DNA of 44,829 bases from Nemertoderma westbladi (taxonomy: Eukaryota; Animalia; Xenacoelomorpha): the NCBI GenBank assembly GCA_032718475.1, contig JAUCBJ010006871.1:1-44829 (forward strand), read 5' to 3'. Every line of letters starts with the position of its first letter. The first letter of the stretch is position 1. The position numbers were made by a program, and so were the translations under genes. The notes under the pieces were generated by a model. It was not told the origin of the DNA and did no database searches. It saw only the letters and a program-made list of their open reading frames with translations. This document shows, piece after piece, positions 12,619 to 24,500 of this stretch.

Positions 12619-14142
12619 TTTATTAGGAACCGAGAGGTTCATTACTGTAAGAATTGCTCGAGACTGGCTGGCTGACTGACTGACTGACTGACTGACTGAC
12701 TGACTGACTGACTGACTGACTAATCTACAGCCAAAACTACTCTAACGATTTTGATGAAATTTTCACAGCGGCTAGATACCGCGATTCTAAGGTCCCTGGT
12801 ATGTTCCGCTATTTCGTCCATGAGCCGTGGGCTCGAAAAATAGACATAAACGAAAAAACGCCATAGGCGCAATGGTAAAATAACACCCATGACAGCTGGT
12901 GTCGTGATGAAAAATGGCTTATGTAATGCATTTCTACAGAAGGCTTAGTAATAAATCGATGAGGTTGCCAAGATTATTATACTCAGTACACCCATACTGT
13001 TTGTATAGGCCACCACTTTCTGTCAAAGCAAACATTATTAACTGGTTGGTTTAGTTTGAAATCTAATATCGCCTCAGCTGAATTACTCTTCCCAATGCAT
13101 CTATGGGAATATCTCACTCTGCTAATGTAAGCTGAATGACTGTTACGTACACAGTGAGTTGGCTACATTAATGCCAACATTATTGCAAAATGTTTTATTG
13201 TTGGATTACTCTCTGTCAGTCACCCCTTCAGAACATTGTATAGGGAATTTACTTTAGTTTACTCTACTGTGCCATTCAGCTGAATGGATTTGAGCGATTG
13301 CCAAGTTACAGAGTTGGATCATTCTCTGACCATAGGCAAAGATTTTAAAAAGATACTTTTTTCATGTTTTTTTTCTGACCAAAAATTTCAAAAAAAAATT
13401 TTTGTAGCCAGTACTGCCAATCGATTCGCCATCAAAAATAACGCAAAAAATTTTTTTTGCAAAATTTTAAATTACTGTAAATTTTTGGCGACTGGGGGGG
13501 GGGGTCAATTTTTTTCTATCCACTATAACTCCGGAACGCTTTGTCCGAATTCGATGGGGTTTTTATTTTTCAACTTAATTCGACGTCCTCTTTCAGCCTA
13601 TCCATTTTTCGAAACCCCAAACAGCACAGTTCAAAAATTAATTTTTTCTAGTTCTAGAATTTTACAAATTTCAAAAAAGTTGCAGTATTTTATTAACGCC
13701 TTTACGGAATTTGATAGCGTTTTCGATTTTTATATTAAACGCAATATCCTGAATCTCACTAGCCTAGTTTCGCGTCACCAATGCCAAGACTTCATACTTT
13801 TTGAGGAAAATTTTTGTAGAATAATTTTTATTTAATTACATTTATCGTGATTTCTTATTACTGGTTGCACATGAATTGATGGAGTTTTCAATTTATTAAC
13901 TAAACACGATATCGCGCATCGCACCAGCGTGGTTTCGAAATTCCAAAACGAGGTCTTCACTAGTTGCAGGTCGATTTTGTTCTAGAATTGAGTAACTAAT
14001 AATAGATCGAATTTATTAATAATTATTGTATGAAATATGATTGTATTTTTACATAATTATTAGTTCTATAATAATTCTCGTTGTCTCTTTTATTTGAAAT
14101 AAAAAGTCGGTTCCTTATCGGGCCGCTAGGCCCGTCACTAGT
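12619..14142 (+). mobile_element. Helentron-associated non-autonomous element (HINE/DINE-1-like)
   Basis: T-rich start, subterminal IR aggaaccga (12625) / tcggttcct (14107), (CTGA)n microsatellite near the 5' end followed by cgattttgatgaaattt, and a 3' hairpin cgggcc-gcta-ggcccg followed by CTAGT. Confidence 0.8.
12664..12721. repeat. (CTGA)n microsatellite
   Basis: Directly visible. Confidence 0.95.
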
Positions 14143-14214
14143 CTCATTCCATTTTATTTATATTCCCAATATTAATTTTTATGCGAACAATTCATTATCT
14201 ATACGCGATAGCAT

Positions 14215-14456
14215 TCAATCAGGAATCGTATTCTTTTCTCTTCGCGATCTCAGTTTATTCCGTGTTTGGCTTTCACTCGAAAATCCTGCACGAGTTACTG
14301 GACTGAAATCAAAGTTTGCGAGTTCGGGTAAGTTGCTGATGACGTGGAACTTGTAGAGCGATAGAACATCAATAGGGTTATCGCAGAGGCCAAGTTTCTT
14401 AATCTTCAAATATTTGCCCCAATTCCGCATTCCACAGAAATTGGGAATAACTAGCT
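14215..14456 (-). CDS. Last coding exon of a leucine-rich-repeat gene (LRRcap; LRRC51-like)
   Basis: IKKLGLCDNPIDVLSLYKFHVISNLPELANFDFSPVT fits the LRRcap consensus L.L.GNP...YR..VI..LP.L..LD...VT. Acceptor ctgacttttgtatttcag precedes it. Confidence 0.6.
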
Positions 14457-15379
14457 CTGAAATACAAAAGTCAGGTCGCAATGACAGTTAAAGCTACACA
14501 GCTTGACAGCTATTGTGCCCGCAAATGTATTGTTAAGCTATTGTGCTTAATTAACTTGTTTTGTTCGATTGTGTTGTTGTAATAGTGTTACTATTTTGGA
14601 ATTTTCTTAATATCCCGCCTCAATGTTAAATTCTAAATTTAGGGAAAGGAGCAGGTTACAGTGCACATTATTCCAACCAAAGCCATAAACTAAATTCAAC
14701 AGATTTTAATTTTTAATGCGTCGAAAGTCCCTGCCCCCCCCCCCCCCCCCCCCCCCCCCCTATCTGGGGCTATATGATTGATACTGTGACAAAATATGGA
14801 CGCACTTATAGCACAAAACATCTTTTTTGCTTTGCTTAATAGCATATAAAAAATTACACGGATGGACAATAAGAAATATTATTCGGCCAAACTAACCTTT
14901 TATATTTCCCCCCTCCTGCACGGAATGGTGCATTTCGGAAGAACAAGAAATCCGTTAACGCTGATTCCACGACATTGAAAGGTTTCTTTGTAACCTTTGT
15001 GAGAGCGCCTTAGAAATTAAACAGTAGTCATATATTATTATATGGACATTGGACATTTTTCATTTGAAATTTAGTTAAAGCATGACAAGGTAAATCACAT
15101 AAAACAATAAAGGCATACTTTTTAGGGGCCCATAATTTACTACTTGTGGCAAATTATTTATTTTATACTTTATTTATACTTTTTATTTATACTTGCAAAC
15201 TAATAGTAAAACATTGTAGGGGCCTTTGCCTTTAATAAAGTGTGTCACACAAATTTCCCTGATTTTTGACCCCCCACCCCCCCCCCCTCCTCTGTCACAA
15301 ACTGTCACACAAGCTCGACCCCCCCCCCCCCCCCCCCCTAGTGCGTGACAATTTTCTTTATTTATTAACTTTAGCTTAC

Positions 15380-15591
15380 CTCTGAAACATCCCAAAATTT
15401 TGGGGAAATTCTCAGTAACCGACAGCTTATCAGCAGACATGTTTGAACGCCCAACTTTGACGAGCTTGGCAGCTACACAGGGTTGCATAAAATAATTTCC
15501 GACAACTTTTGCGGCCTTGGTAGTCTCCATATTGATATTTATTAGAGAAGATACTCCATTAATCTGCGATTTAAGCGATTTATACATAGGC
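15380..15591 (-). CDS. Probable upstream exon of the same LRR gene
   Basis: Acceptor ...ctaaacag and donor AGAG|gtaagc. The phase-1 junction G|AG joins in frame to the 14456 exon (…GCFR-ELVIPNF…). Weak LRR-like pattern. Confidence 0.45.
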
Positions 15592-16129
15592 CTGTTTAGG
15601 CATTAAAAATTAAGAATTTAGACCAATTCCGACTGTTAAGCCTGGCCTATGTAGTGCTTCATGTTAATTTGTAGAGCAACAATTTATTTTAATTGCAATC
15701 CTTCCAGAATTATAATATAATATTAATAATATAATATAATATAATATTAATATAATATAATATATGATAAGATAAGATTTTATTACCACTCCCTACATTA
15801 ATTGATGTTAAAATGCAGCATAAGTAATTTAAATGTAATTATAATTAATAGTATATAATAAATATATCTCTGTCGGAATTGTTCTATGCTGGATCCGAAC
15901 AATTCACAACTACTTCAGTGTGTAAAATATTTTATTTTAAATATGTTGGGTCGCAATTGTCCGGGTCTGAATTGTCTGGATCGGAATTATTCGTACACCA
16001 AAAATTAAGAATTATAATGCTTAATATTTTAAGAATTAAGTCTAAAATTTAGATCCCAAGTACATGCATAATTTTATAATATGGAATTGTGTTACTATCA
16101 TTACATACTTGCTGAATAGTTAGTTTTTT

Positions 16130-16327
16130 ATCGTCTAACGCGGACTCCCACGCGACCAATTCCTCCAGTGTCGAGGCAGGCAATTCTGATGGCCCTTCAA
16201 TGAGAGTCGAATCCAAGGAATGAGACGCTGTATGAGCCTTCCACTCATGTCTCCCTACGTAGTTCCATCAGCCCCTCGGCAATCCTCTGCAATACTGTAA
16301 GGAAAAGGGACTTTTACTTTTACTTTG
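16130..16327 (+). mobile_element. Possible SINE 3' part
   Basis: GC-richer island ending in a (tttac)n-like tail. Confidence 0.3.
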
Positions 16328-16703
16328 TAAGGACTGTCACTATTTACTAATATTGAGTAGTGCAAATGTAATGAAAGGCATAATATGAATGAATTAGAGT
16401 TGAAACAGAGACCTGCCACTGATCTCTGGCTTCTCCGGGCTATTTTTTTGGTCTCCGGATAGGTCTCTGGTTCCCGGGTTTTGAAAACGGACATTTTTTT
16501 ACCATAAAAATTAAAAATAATTACGTACCGAGGTTTCTGGCGCCCTGTGGCAAGCTGATTCTACAAGGTCTACAGGTGTACAGCCATTTGATTTGATTAA
16601 TCAGTACAGCCTCGACAACAATTTAAACTCGAATTTATGCTAAATTCTACGATCGGCATGCTTAATTGCATATATATTAAGAATGCTTTGCCGGCTTGTT
16701 GAC

Positions 16704-16767
16704 AAAATTATTCCGCCACAACTGAAAATTATTCCGCCACAACTGAAAATTATTCCGCCACAACTGC
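16704..16767. repeat. 21-bp tandem repeat x3 (aaaattattccgccacaactg)
   Basis: Directly visible; lies at the 3' side of the LINE fragment. Confidence 0.9.
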
Positions 16768-16769
16768 CT

Positions 16770-17105
16770 ATCACACATGACATTTGCTAGATCATCCGCG
16801 TCTTCAAGGCCAGCGTCCTTTAAGATGCGTTTCATGAAAGTAATGGGCTGTCCACCATGCTTATTAACTCCATGAGGCTGCCAAAGTACAAGATGGCGAG
16901 CACTGGCTGGTCCTCACGGCGAAAGCAATGTCCTGCAAAGCGGAGGCGGTTTCGCTCAAGTGTCATGCTAGGGGAGATTGATGGAGCACCTCCAATGTTG
17001 TATATAGTCTGATTGGAGATGTGTACATTATACTTGACACAATAAACCCGGCGCAGCATTCTTGTGAAAGTGCCAACCAGAGATTTGGTATCCTCTGCAG
17101 TTAGA
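16770..17105 (-). mobile_element. RTE-like LINE ORF2 C-terminal remnant
   Basis: MLRRV...YNVHISNQTIY...RNRLRFAGHCFRREDQPV is a typical post-RT region of RTE-group LINEs. Confidence 0.75.
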
Positions 17106-17107
17106 GC

Positions 17108-18190
17108 CCGCGCTTAGTACTGTGGTTAATTTAACACACGTCCCACCCTACCTGCGCTTTGTAGTGTGGTAAATTTGACACCTTCCACACACCCACCCGC
17201 GCATACTATTGTGGTTGATTTAACACCTTCCCCACCCACCCGCTCTTAGTACTGTGGTTAATTTAACACACGTCCTACCCTACTCGCGCTTTGTAGTGTG
17301 GTAAATTTGACACCTTCCACACACCCACCCGCGCATACTATTGTGGTTGATTTAACACCTTTCCCACTCCACCCACGATTGTTACTATGGTTGATTTACC
17401 ACCCTCCTCCCGCGCTGAGTATTGTGGCTGCCCACCCACGATTGTTACTATGGTTGATCTACCACCCTCCACCCGCGCTTAGTACTGTGGTTAATTTAAC
17501 ACCTTCCCCACACCCACCCGCGCTTAGTATTGTGGTTGATTTAACACCTTGCCCACCTCACCCGCGCTTAGTATTGTGGTTGATATAACACCTTCCCCAC
17601 CCCACCCACGATTGTTACTATGGTTGATCAACCACCCTAAGCCGCGCATGGTACTGTGGTTGATTTACACCTTCCCCACCCCACCCGCTCTTAGTACTGT
17701 GGTTAATTTAACACACGTCCTACCCTACCCGCGCTTTGTAGTGTGGTTAATTTGACACCTTCCACACACCCACCCGCGCTTAGTATTGTGGTTGATTTAA
17801 CACCGTTCCCACTCCACCCACAATTGTTACTATGGTTGATTTACCACCCTCCTCCCGCGCGCGCTTAGTATTGTGGTTGATTTAACACCTTCCCCACCCC
17901 ACTATGACTGATTTAACACCTTTCCCACCCCACCCACGATTGTTACTATGGTTGATCTACCACCCTCCACCCGCGCTTAGTACTGTGGTTGATTTAAAAC
18001 CTACCCCACCCCACCCGCGCTTAGTACTGTGGTTAATTTAACACAGGTCCCACCCTACCCGCGCTTTGTAGTGTGGTTAATTTAACACCTTCCCCACACC
18101 CACCCGCGCTTAGTATTGTGGCTGATTTAACACCTTTCCCACCTCCTTGTGGTTGATTTAACACCCGCCCCACGCCATCTGCGCTTATTA
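17108..18190. repeat. Minisatellite with a unit of about 38-44 bp and roughly 25 copies
   Basis: Consensus acccgcgcttagtaytgtggttratttaacaccttccccacccc with recurring variant units. Confidence 0.95.
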
Positions 18191-18385
18191 CTACACACCC
18201 ATTCAATGAATTTATAAAATACATAAATAAATTTCTGTTCTCCTCTTGAATAACTCTCTCTTATATAGTTTTACATAACTTATTACTACAAGTTATAAAG
18301 TTTAATCTAATATTTAATACTTTCAGAGATGTGATATGCGGTCTCACGTTTCATATGTTGAACAAAGATTGCGATGCATCGGAGC

Positions 18386-18801
18386 TATTTTTTAGAATGG
18401 GAATTCGAACCACTGTTAGATTACAGGAACTGGAATTCCAGTTGTCAACGAGGGGTGTTGGCATTTACAGCACTGATTGCCCTGTCCAAGTCTTCCGACA
18501 ACCCCTCCGTTCATTTACTGAAACTTACTTTACCTCCCCGGAGCTATCCGGGTTTGCCATTTTTATGGCACACCTAGACTTGTAATCTGTATTTTTTAGA
18601 ATGGGAGTTCGAACCGGAGCCACTATTCGATTAGAGGAACTGGAGTTCCAGTCCTCAACGAGGGGTGTTGGCATTTACAGCACTGATTGCCCTGTCCAAG
18701 TCTTCCGACAACCCCTCCGTTCATTTACTGAACCTTACTTTACCTCCCCAGAGCTATCCGGGTTTGCCATTTCTATGGCACACCTAGACTTGCAATCTGT
18801 A
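18386..18801 (+). repeat. Tandem duplication of about 205 bp of an exon-like segment
   Basis: Units 18386-18589 and 18590-18801 are highly similar; both start ttttag|aatggg and the second ends at gtaagt. Confidence 0.9.
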
Positions 18802-19044
18802 AGTATTTATTTATTATATAATCTAACCATTAATATTATGGGGGTGGGAGGAGATATGCCGTTTTTTGACAACCTTTCAGATTTATAATTCTCAAATTAT
18901 CATAATTTTTGGGTTTTGTATTTATTTTGTAATATACGTAGGTACCCAATCTGATATTCTACATTACAGGTCAGAAATTTTTTCTTTCGTTATTTAATAT
19001 TAGTTAATACTATTTAAAAATTAAAGAATCTTGCTTGGTCTTAA

Positions 19045-20165
19045 CCCTATTAGTACCGGGCTATAAAATTCTGTACAAATACTCGGGGGGGGGGGGGGGG
19101 GGGGGGGGTCATATTGACCCTTCCCTCTAAAATCTACAAATATTAACGAAAACGTCTAATGTTTTGTTTGTACGTAGGTATCACTAGTCTGGATCCGACC
19201 GAAAAAAAAAATTTCGAAAAAATGTACTGGGGTGGTAATATTGCAGCACCAAAATTATAAGTAGTGCACTATTTTCACAAAATTTGAAAGTTACATTTTT
19301 GGCTAATTGTTTTTCAATACAGGTTTTCTGGGGCGCAAAATACTTTGGAAAATATATAAAAATGATATGATTACCATAAATGGCTGTTTAGTCCTCTATG
19401 CGTAGGAAAAAAATGAAAAAAACAAGTAACCAGCACTTTTCAGTTAGAACACAAAATTTTTAATTCACTTATACGATGCTATAAATTCACATTTTCAGGT
19501 TTTCTTGGGCGCTGATTCTAATGGAATACTTTTCAAATATGCCAGGTCATTGCTACTTGTATTTTTCGGCGTAATTTGGCAAATTTTGGTGCTAGCACCA
19601 AATTTCGTACCCATCACCAAAAAGTACAAGTTTGCAATGTCCAGTGCTGTTTTTATTGATTCCATCGGATTCAGGACCCTTATAAACCCGTATAACGCAA
19701 GAAACAAGATGATACTATCTACTGATCAATTTAATCATTTTCCAAAATTTGGTGCTGGCACAACAATTTTCACCCACCGGTGAAAAATACAAGTTTGAAA
19801 ACTCTTTTGAAATTTTTACTGATTCCATTGAATTCAGAACCCAACAAACCCGTATAACGCAAGAAACAAGATGACACAATCAATTGATATATTTGATGGT
19901 TTTCAAAATTTGGTGCTAGCACCACATTTTGCACCCACTTCCGAAAAATACAAGTTTGAGATGTCTAGTTCGATAATTATATATTCCATTGAATTCAGAA
20001 CAGCCATAAACCTCTAAAATGCAAGAAATAAATTGTTACAAGCAATTTTATCTATTGAATGGATTTTCAAAATTTCGTGCTAGCACCAAAATTTGCACAC
20101 AGCACCGAAAAATACAAGTTTGATACGCTTGGTGCAACTCGTATATATTTCATCGAAACCAGAAC
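19045..20165 (+). mobile_element. Truncated copy of the TTAA (piggyBac-type) non-autonomous element
   Basis: ttaa|ccctattagtaccggg start; collinear with 35879-36865; right end missing. Confidence 0.9.
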
Positions 20166-20183
20166 AAAAATAACCCCCCCCCC

Positions 20184-20560
20184 TCATAAAACATTACATT
20201 TACAGAGTTTATTTGATTTTTTAAAAAGCAACCGATAAATTATTGCTGAACTTAATGTGCTACAACCTAGATGGCTGGTCTCCCCAATGAAGTAAACATC
20301 AGGATACGGGATCCTAATGAATATGTAAACAAACCCAATGGAATCGTCGGGGATATGAACATCTCGGTAGAACGTAGTACGTTGCGTGGGTCTGGGCTGT
20401 TCTAGAACAGTGGATGTACCACTGCCAGCAGGTAATTCTCGCAACACGTTCATTTTCTCCAAGGTATCAGAGATATGTTTTAAAATTGTTGACTTTTGTC
20501 GTATTAGAATTCTAATATACTTTAAAGTATCTTGTATCCAACTATCCAACTGTAGCACTT
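20184..20560 (-). pseudogene. GIY-YIG nuclease-like fragment, possibly the C-terminus of a Helitron-like protein
   Basis: FYRDVHIPDDSIGFVYIFIRIPYPDVYFIGETSHL contains the GxxY-x10-(Y/F)IGET motif pair; truncated afterwards. Confidence 0.5.
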
Positions 20561-22055
20561 TTTGTTACAAGGGAGAGTTGTTGGTGCCCATTTGGGTAAC
20601 TATTTAAAACACAATTATGTAATGTCTCATCAGTTTGGGTTTGGAATGAATACCTCGCTTTATTTAACGTTGAATATACAACTTTTACTAAGTCTTTAAT
20701 AAAGTCAGCAGGGTTTTCTACTGACAGAAGATGCTTATGGAGTGGACGTGAAGATGACAGGATAGAAACTAAATGACTTTGGAGGGGGAATTTAGCAGAG
20801 TTCACAGTGGGAAGTAGGGGTCGACTTCCACTGTTCCTACTATATGGATGGATGAGTGGGAGACAGAAATTGTTGGTTTAGGAGAATCTATCTCCAGCAT
20901 CTTTAGATGTGTATTCCTCCCACTGAATAACTGCATCCTCATTGTCCATATATGTTCCCCCAGATAAACATTCTTCAACGAGTTCCTCCGGGAAGGCTGG
21001 GGAGATGGAGCAAGTCCCAAACGTTCCAGACACAAATTCCTCACCAAGGTTTCGTCTATTGAGTGTGCACTGCATTATGTCTGGTCTCCTCTCCAATGTA
21101 AGACGTTCACACGATGCCAATCTATTGTCTGTGACGTGAAAATCAAAGTGCCGACAATGAAGCCACAGACAACGTACAGCCATCACCTATGATCCACCAT
21201 TACCCTCAGAACAGCCTATAAACCGTCATATATCATTAAAGACCTCTGACCCAAAATCGCTTGGTGTTAGAGAATTTAGAGAATTTGTGGTAGGAGAATT
21301 GAGGAGGTTGTTATTTTATAAATACAATGTATTATTACTTTAGTGAATGTCATGTTTATATATATTTATTGCATATATATTAATAACTATTCTATCATTA
21401 TATCTGAAATATATTACATTTATATAATGTTAATGTAGAAGTTGTACTTTACCAAATGATGAACTCTACAGTAATACTAAAAAATGTTTTAGAACAACAT
21501 TTCAAATTTTGTTTTCCGTTTTTTTGCTGTTTGTTTGTTATTAAAAATATATAACTATTTAATTGTGTAATGTGGAAATAACTTAATTGTTTGGGTTATT
21601 GGGTTCTATTTTTATATTTATATTACCCGTTTGTTTGTTTCAGAACCAAACACTTCCTTCAGACGACTGGTCATCATCAGTGTCCCAGACTACACCGACT
21701 GGGTCCTACTGTGGGATGGACTTGTCCCAATCGGTTTGTCGAGCTAGATTTTCTTCCCAGACATGAAAAATTTGAAATGAAGTATATTTGCCGAGGTTTT
21801 CAGATATGGCAAATCGAATGGTGACATTAGAAAAAAGTTTTTGAGCACATCAGGTTTTGCCTATTTTGGCTGCTCTTGACCCACTGTGCACTCTTCCCAC
21901 ATATCAAAAGTATTTGTTGATTTTGTAAAAACTCATTATAGACTGTATGCACCATGATACCACTAAATAGCCCATAAAAATAACGTACCACAAAATAGCC
22001 CATACAATTTACTTTGCATATTGAGAGTTTTATTGTTTTGTGGTTGAATAAGGTG

Positions 22056-22619
22056 TGTGACGGGATCTACGGATCCCGGTTTATCCGTTGGGTTTTCTAT
22101 CCACGCGTCCCCGCCGTGTGTGAAAGGTAAAAGAGTTCTGATGTTCGGTAATATGTATAAAGGTATAATAGTCTGATATAGCACAGTATAGTATGACACG
22201 GTTACCGGTAGATAAGTATGATGGCGGTAGCGGACGGTGACAGAAGTCCCCGTTCCACCCTACTGATCTGACTGAGTAAACTAAACTGAATAGGGAAGCA
22301 CCAACAGGTAATATATGTTAATAATATGTTGTGTAATAACAGTTGGCCATATTACTGTACCTAGTCGATGCTGTCCCCCCATTGGCTAATATCCCACTTC
22401 TCGCCCTTTCACCTTCCCTGGTGTGTTTCCCGTTGCCCCTGTTGTTCTCTCTCTGTTAGGGGTTTGGCCCCTGACCCCTATTGTGTGTGTCTCCTTTGGG
22501 GCCTATTGTCCCTGTTTACTGGGCTGACACGAGGTTGATTGGTAATCAACCTCGTGCTCCCAATATTGCTTTATGGCTCACTCTATGGGTTTGTGTTAGC
22601 GGAATTGGATAAGCTAACA
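22056..22619 (-). repeat. 3' LTR (564 bp)
   Basis: Matches 28279-28827 apart from a net 15-bp indel/replacement near 22320 and one substitution that I could see. Confidence 0.95.
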
Positions 22620-22628
22620 CTCCCCCCC
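22620..22628 (-). promoter_or_regulatory. Polypurine tract
   Basis: Minus strand gggggggag immediately precedes TGT of the 3' LTR. Confidence 0.8.
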
Positions 22629-23199
22629 ATGCTATCTTCCCGGTGAGAAGATAGCATCCAACTAAAGTGCGCTACAATTCCGCTGGATCCCGATCTAGTA
22701 TCGGGTGTGGGGTGGGTTATTTTCTTTCGGAGCCGGCTTTCCGGGCCGCTCCCTATGGGTATGATATTGCTACCCTCTGGCGTTTCGTGTTGGGCCGATC
22801 GTACGCTTCTCTCACACAACTTTTGTTTCCCCAACACTCTCACCACTCTACTCCAACTCTCGCATACTCCCGGACCTCCTCGTCCCACACTCTTCCTCTC
22901 ACTTCTCCTCCCCCACACTTGAATTGCGCCCACGCTCTCTTCGCACTCCGCACTATTACTCCATCCCTCCTTGACTACCTTATCCCTACTGACGAATCTC
23001 ACCCCCCCTCCGTGCCGTCGCACTCAGGAAATGTGAAATCGTCTGGCGTCTTGTCCCTAGTGCCATAGTCACTTAGCCCCCCAGTCCCAGTAGCTAATTG
23101 AGAAAGGTTGTATGACTATAGTACTTACACCACTATCTCCGCACTCCGCACTATCACCTCTCCACTCTCTTGTCACTCCCTAAGGCTTTAATCTCTAAT

Positions 23200-24500
23200 G
23201 CTACCCCTGTGCTATCATACTATCTACCTACTGCTTACTAACTCTAACTATCTAACTAACTCTGCTAACTACTAACTCTTACTACTTCTAGCTCTAACTG
23301 AGAGCCTCTAACTTTCTACTGACTCTAACTCTCTACTAAGTCTAACTAACTCCTACTAACTTTCTACTTCTACTAACTCTACTTGACTCCTCTGAGTCTA
23401 CCAACTCTGCTAACTAGCTCTACTAACTCTACTCCACTAGCTCTGCTAACTCTACTCCACTAGCTCTGCTAACTCTACTAACTTGCTCTACTAACTCTAC
23501 TCCACTCTTCTAACTATGTGGCGCTTGCGGTGCCCACAACCACTCTACTATCTGGCACCCTATGTGCCCTTCTACTACTCAACTACCTCTCTAGCTCTAC
23601 TACCTGGCACCCTATGTGCCCTCTCTCTACACTCTACTACCTGGCACCCTATGTGCCCTCTCTACTACACTACTACCTCTCTAACTCTACTACCTGGCAC
23701 CCTATGTGCCCTCTCTACTACTCTACTCTATCTCTAACTCTCTAACTCCACTACCTGGCACCCTATGTGCCCGTCTCTACTACTCTATTCTATCTCTAAC
23801 TCTCTAACTCTACTACCTGGCACCCTATGTGCCCTTCTACTATTCTACTCTCTGGCACCCTATGTGCCCTCTCTGCTACCTCTAACACTCTACTCTACTA
23901 CCTGGTACCCTATGTGCCCTCTCTACTACTCTACTCTATCTCTAACTTACTTCCTTTACATCCACTCGCCTGCACGTGACGCTCTGAATGCCGGCAGAGT
24001 GGGTACGTTAATTATGTGAACTACTACTAACTCTAACTAACTCTCTACGTGGCGCTAACGGTGCCCACAACCACAACCGGTACTACGTACCCTCTTACTA
24101 ACTCTACCTCTATCTACGTGGCGCTAACGGTGCCCACAACCACAACCGGTACTACGTACCCTCTTACTAACCTCTAACTCCCACTAACTCTAATTAACAT
24201 ACCCTGCTCTTACATCAAACACATCATCACGCCCGTGCCCCACTAAGTTCAGCGCATTCCCTACCCTAACTCTAACTACGTGGCGCTTACGGTGCCCACA
24301 ACCCTCTACTGCTACTACTTTCTATGTGGCGCTTACGGTGCCCACAACCATTCTACTACTAACTCTACTCTGCTAACTCTCTACTAACGGTACTACGTAC
24401 CCTCTAACTCTTACTCTAACTAGCGGTATTACGTACCCTCTAACTCTTACTCTAACTAGCGGTACTACATACCCTCCTACTAACTCTTCTACTAACGGTA
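23200..24500. repeat. CTA-rich low-complexity tract with interspersed hairpin repeats
   Basis: 8 copies of ctgg(c/t)accctatgtgccc (23551-23920) and 5 copies of tggcgctwrcggtgcccacaacc, in (ctcta/ctaa)n spacers. Confidence 0.9.

Noticed and set aside
13284-13835. 183-aa ORF
   Set aside because: Phe/Lys-rich translation of AT-rich HINE interior with no motif.
17108-18190. CRISPR array or coding ORFs in the minisatellite
   Set aside because: No unique spacers; the ORFs are translations of the repeat.
20803-21888. Transib/Chapaev element bounded by cacagtggg...cccactgtg
   Set aside because: Only a 9-bp inverted match and no TSD; the 21888 end may be a solo terminus.
22630-23170. Vestigial pol motifs (DGVIVRSA, GTRDKTPDD) in the LTR element
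   Set aside because: Too short and degenerate to support by eye.
23516-24350. CRISPR array (palindromic repeats with spacers)
   Set aside because: Spacers are low-complexity, related to each other and variable in length; repeats are too short; no cas genes; eukaryotic LTR context.
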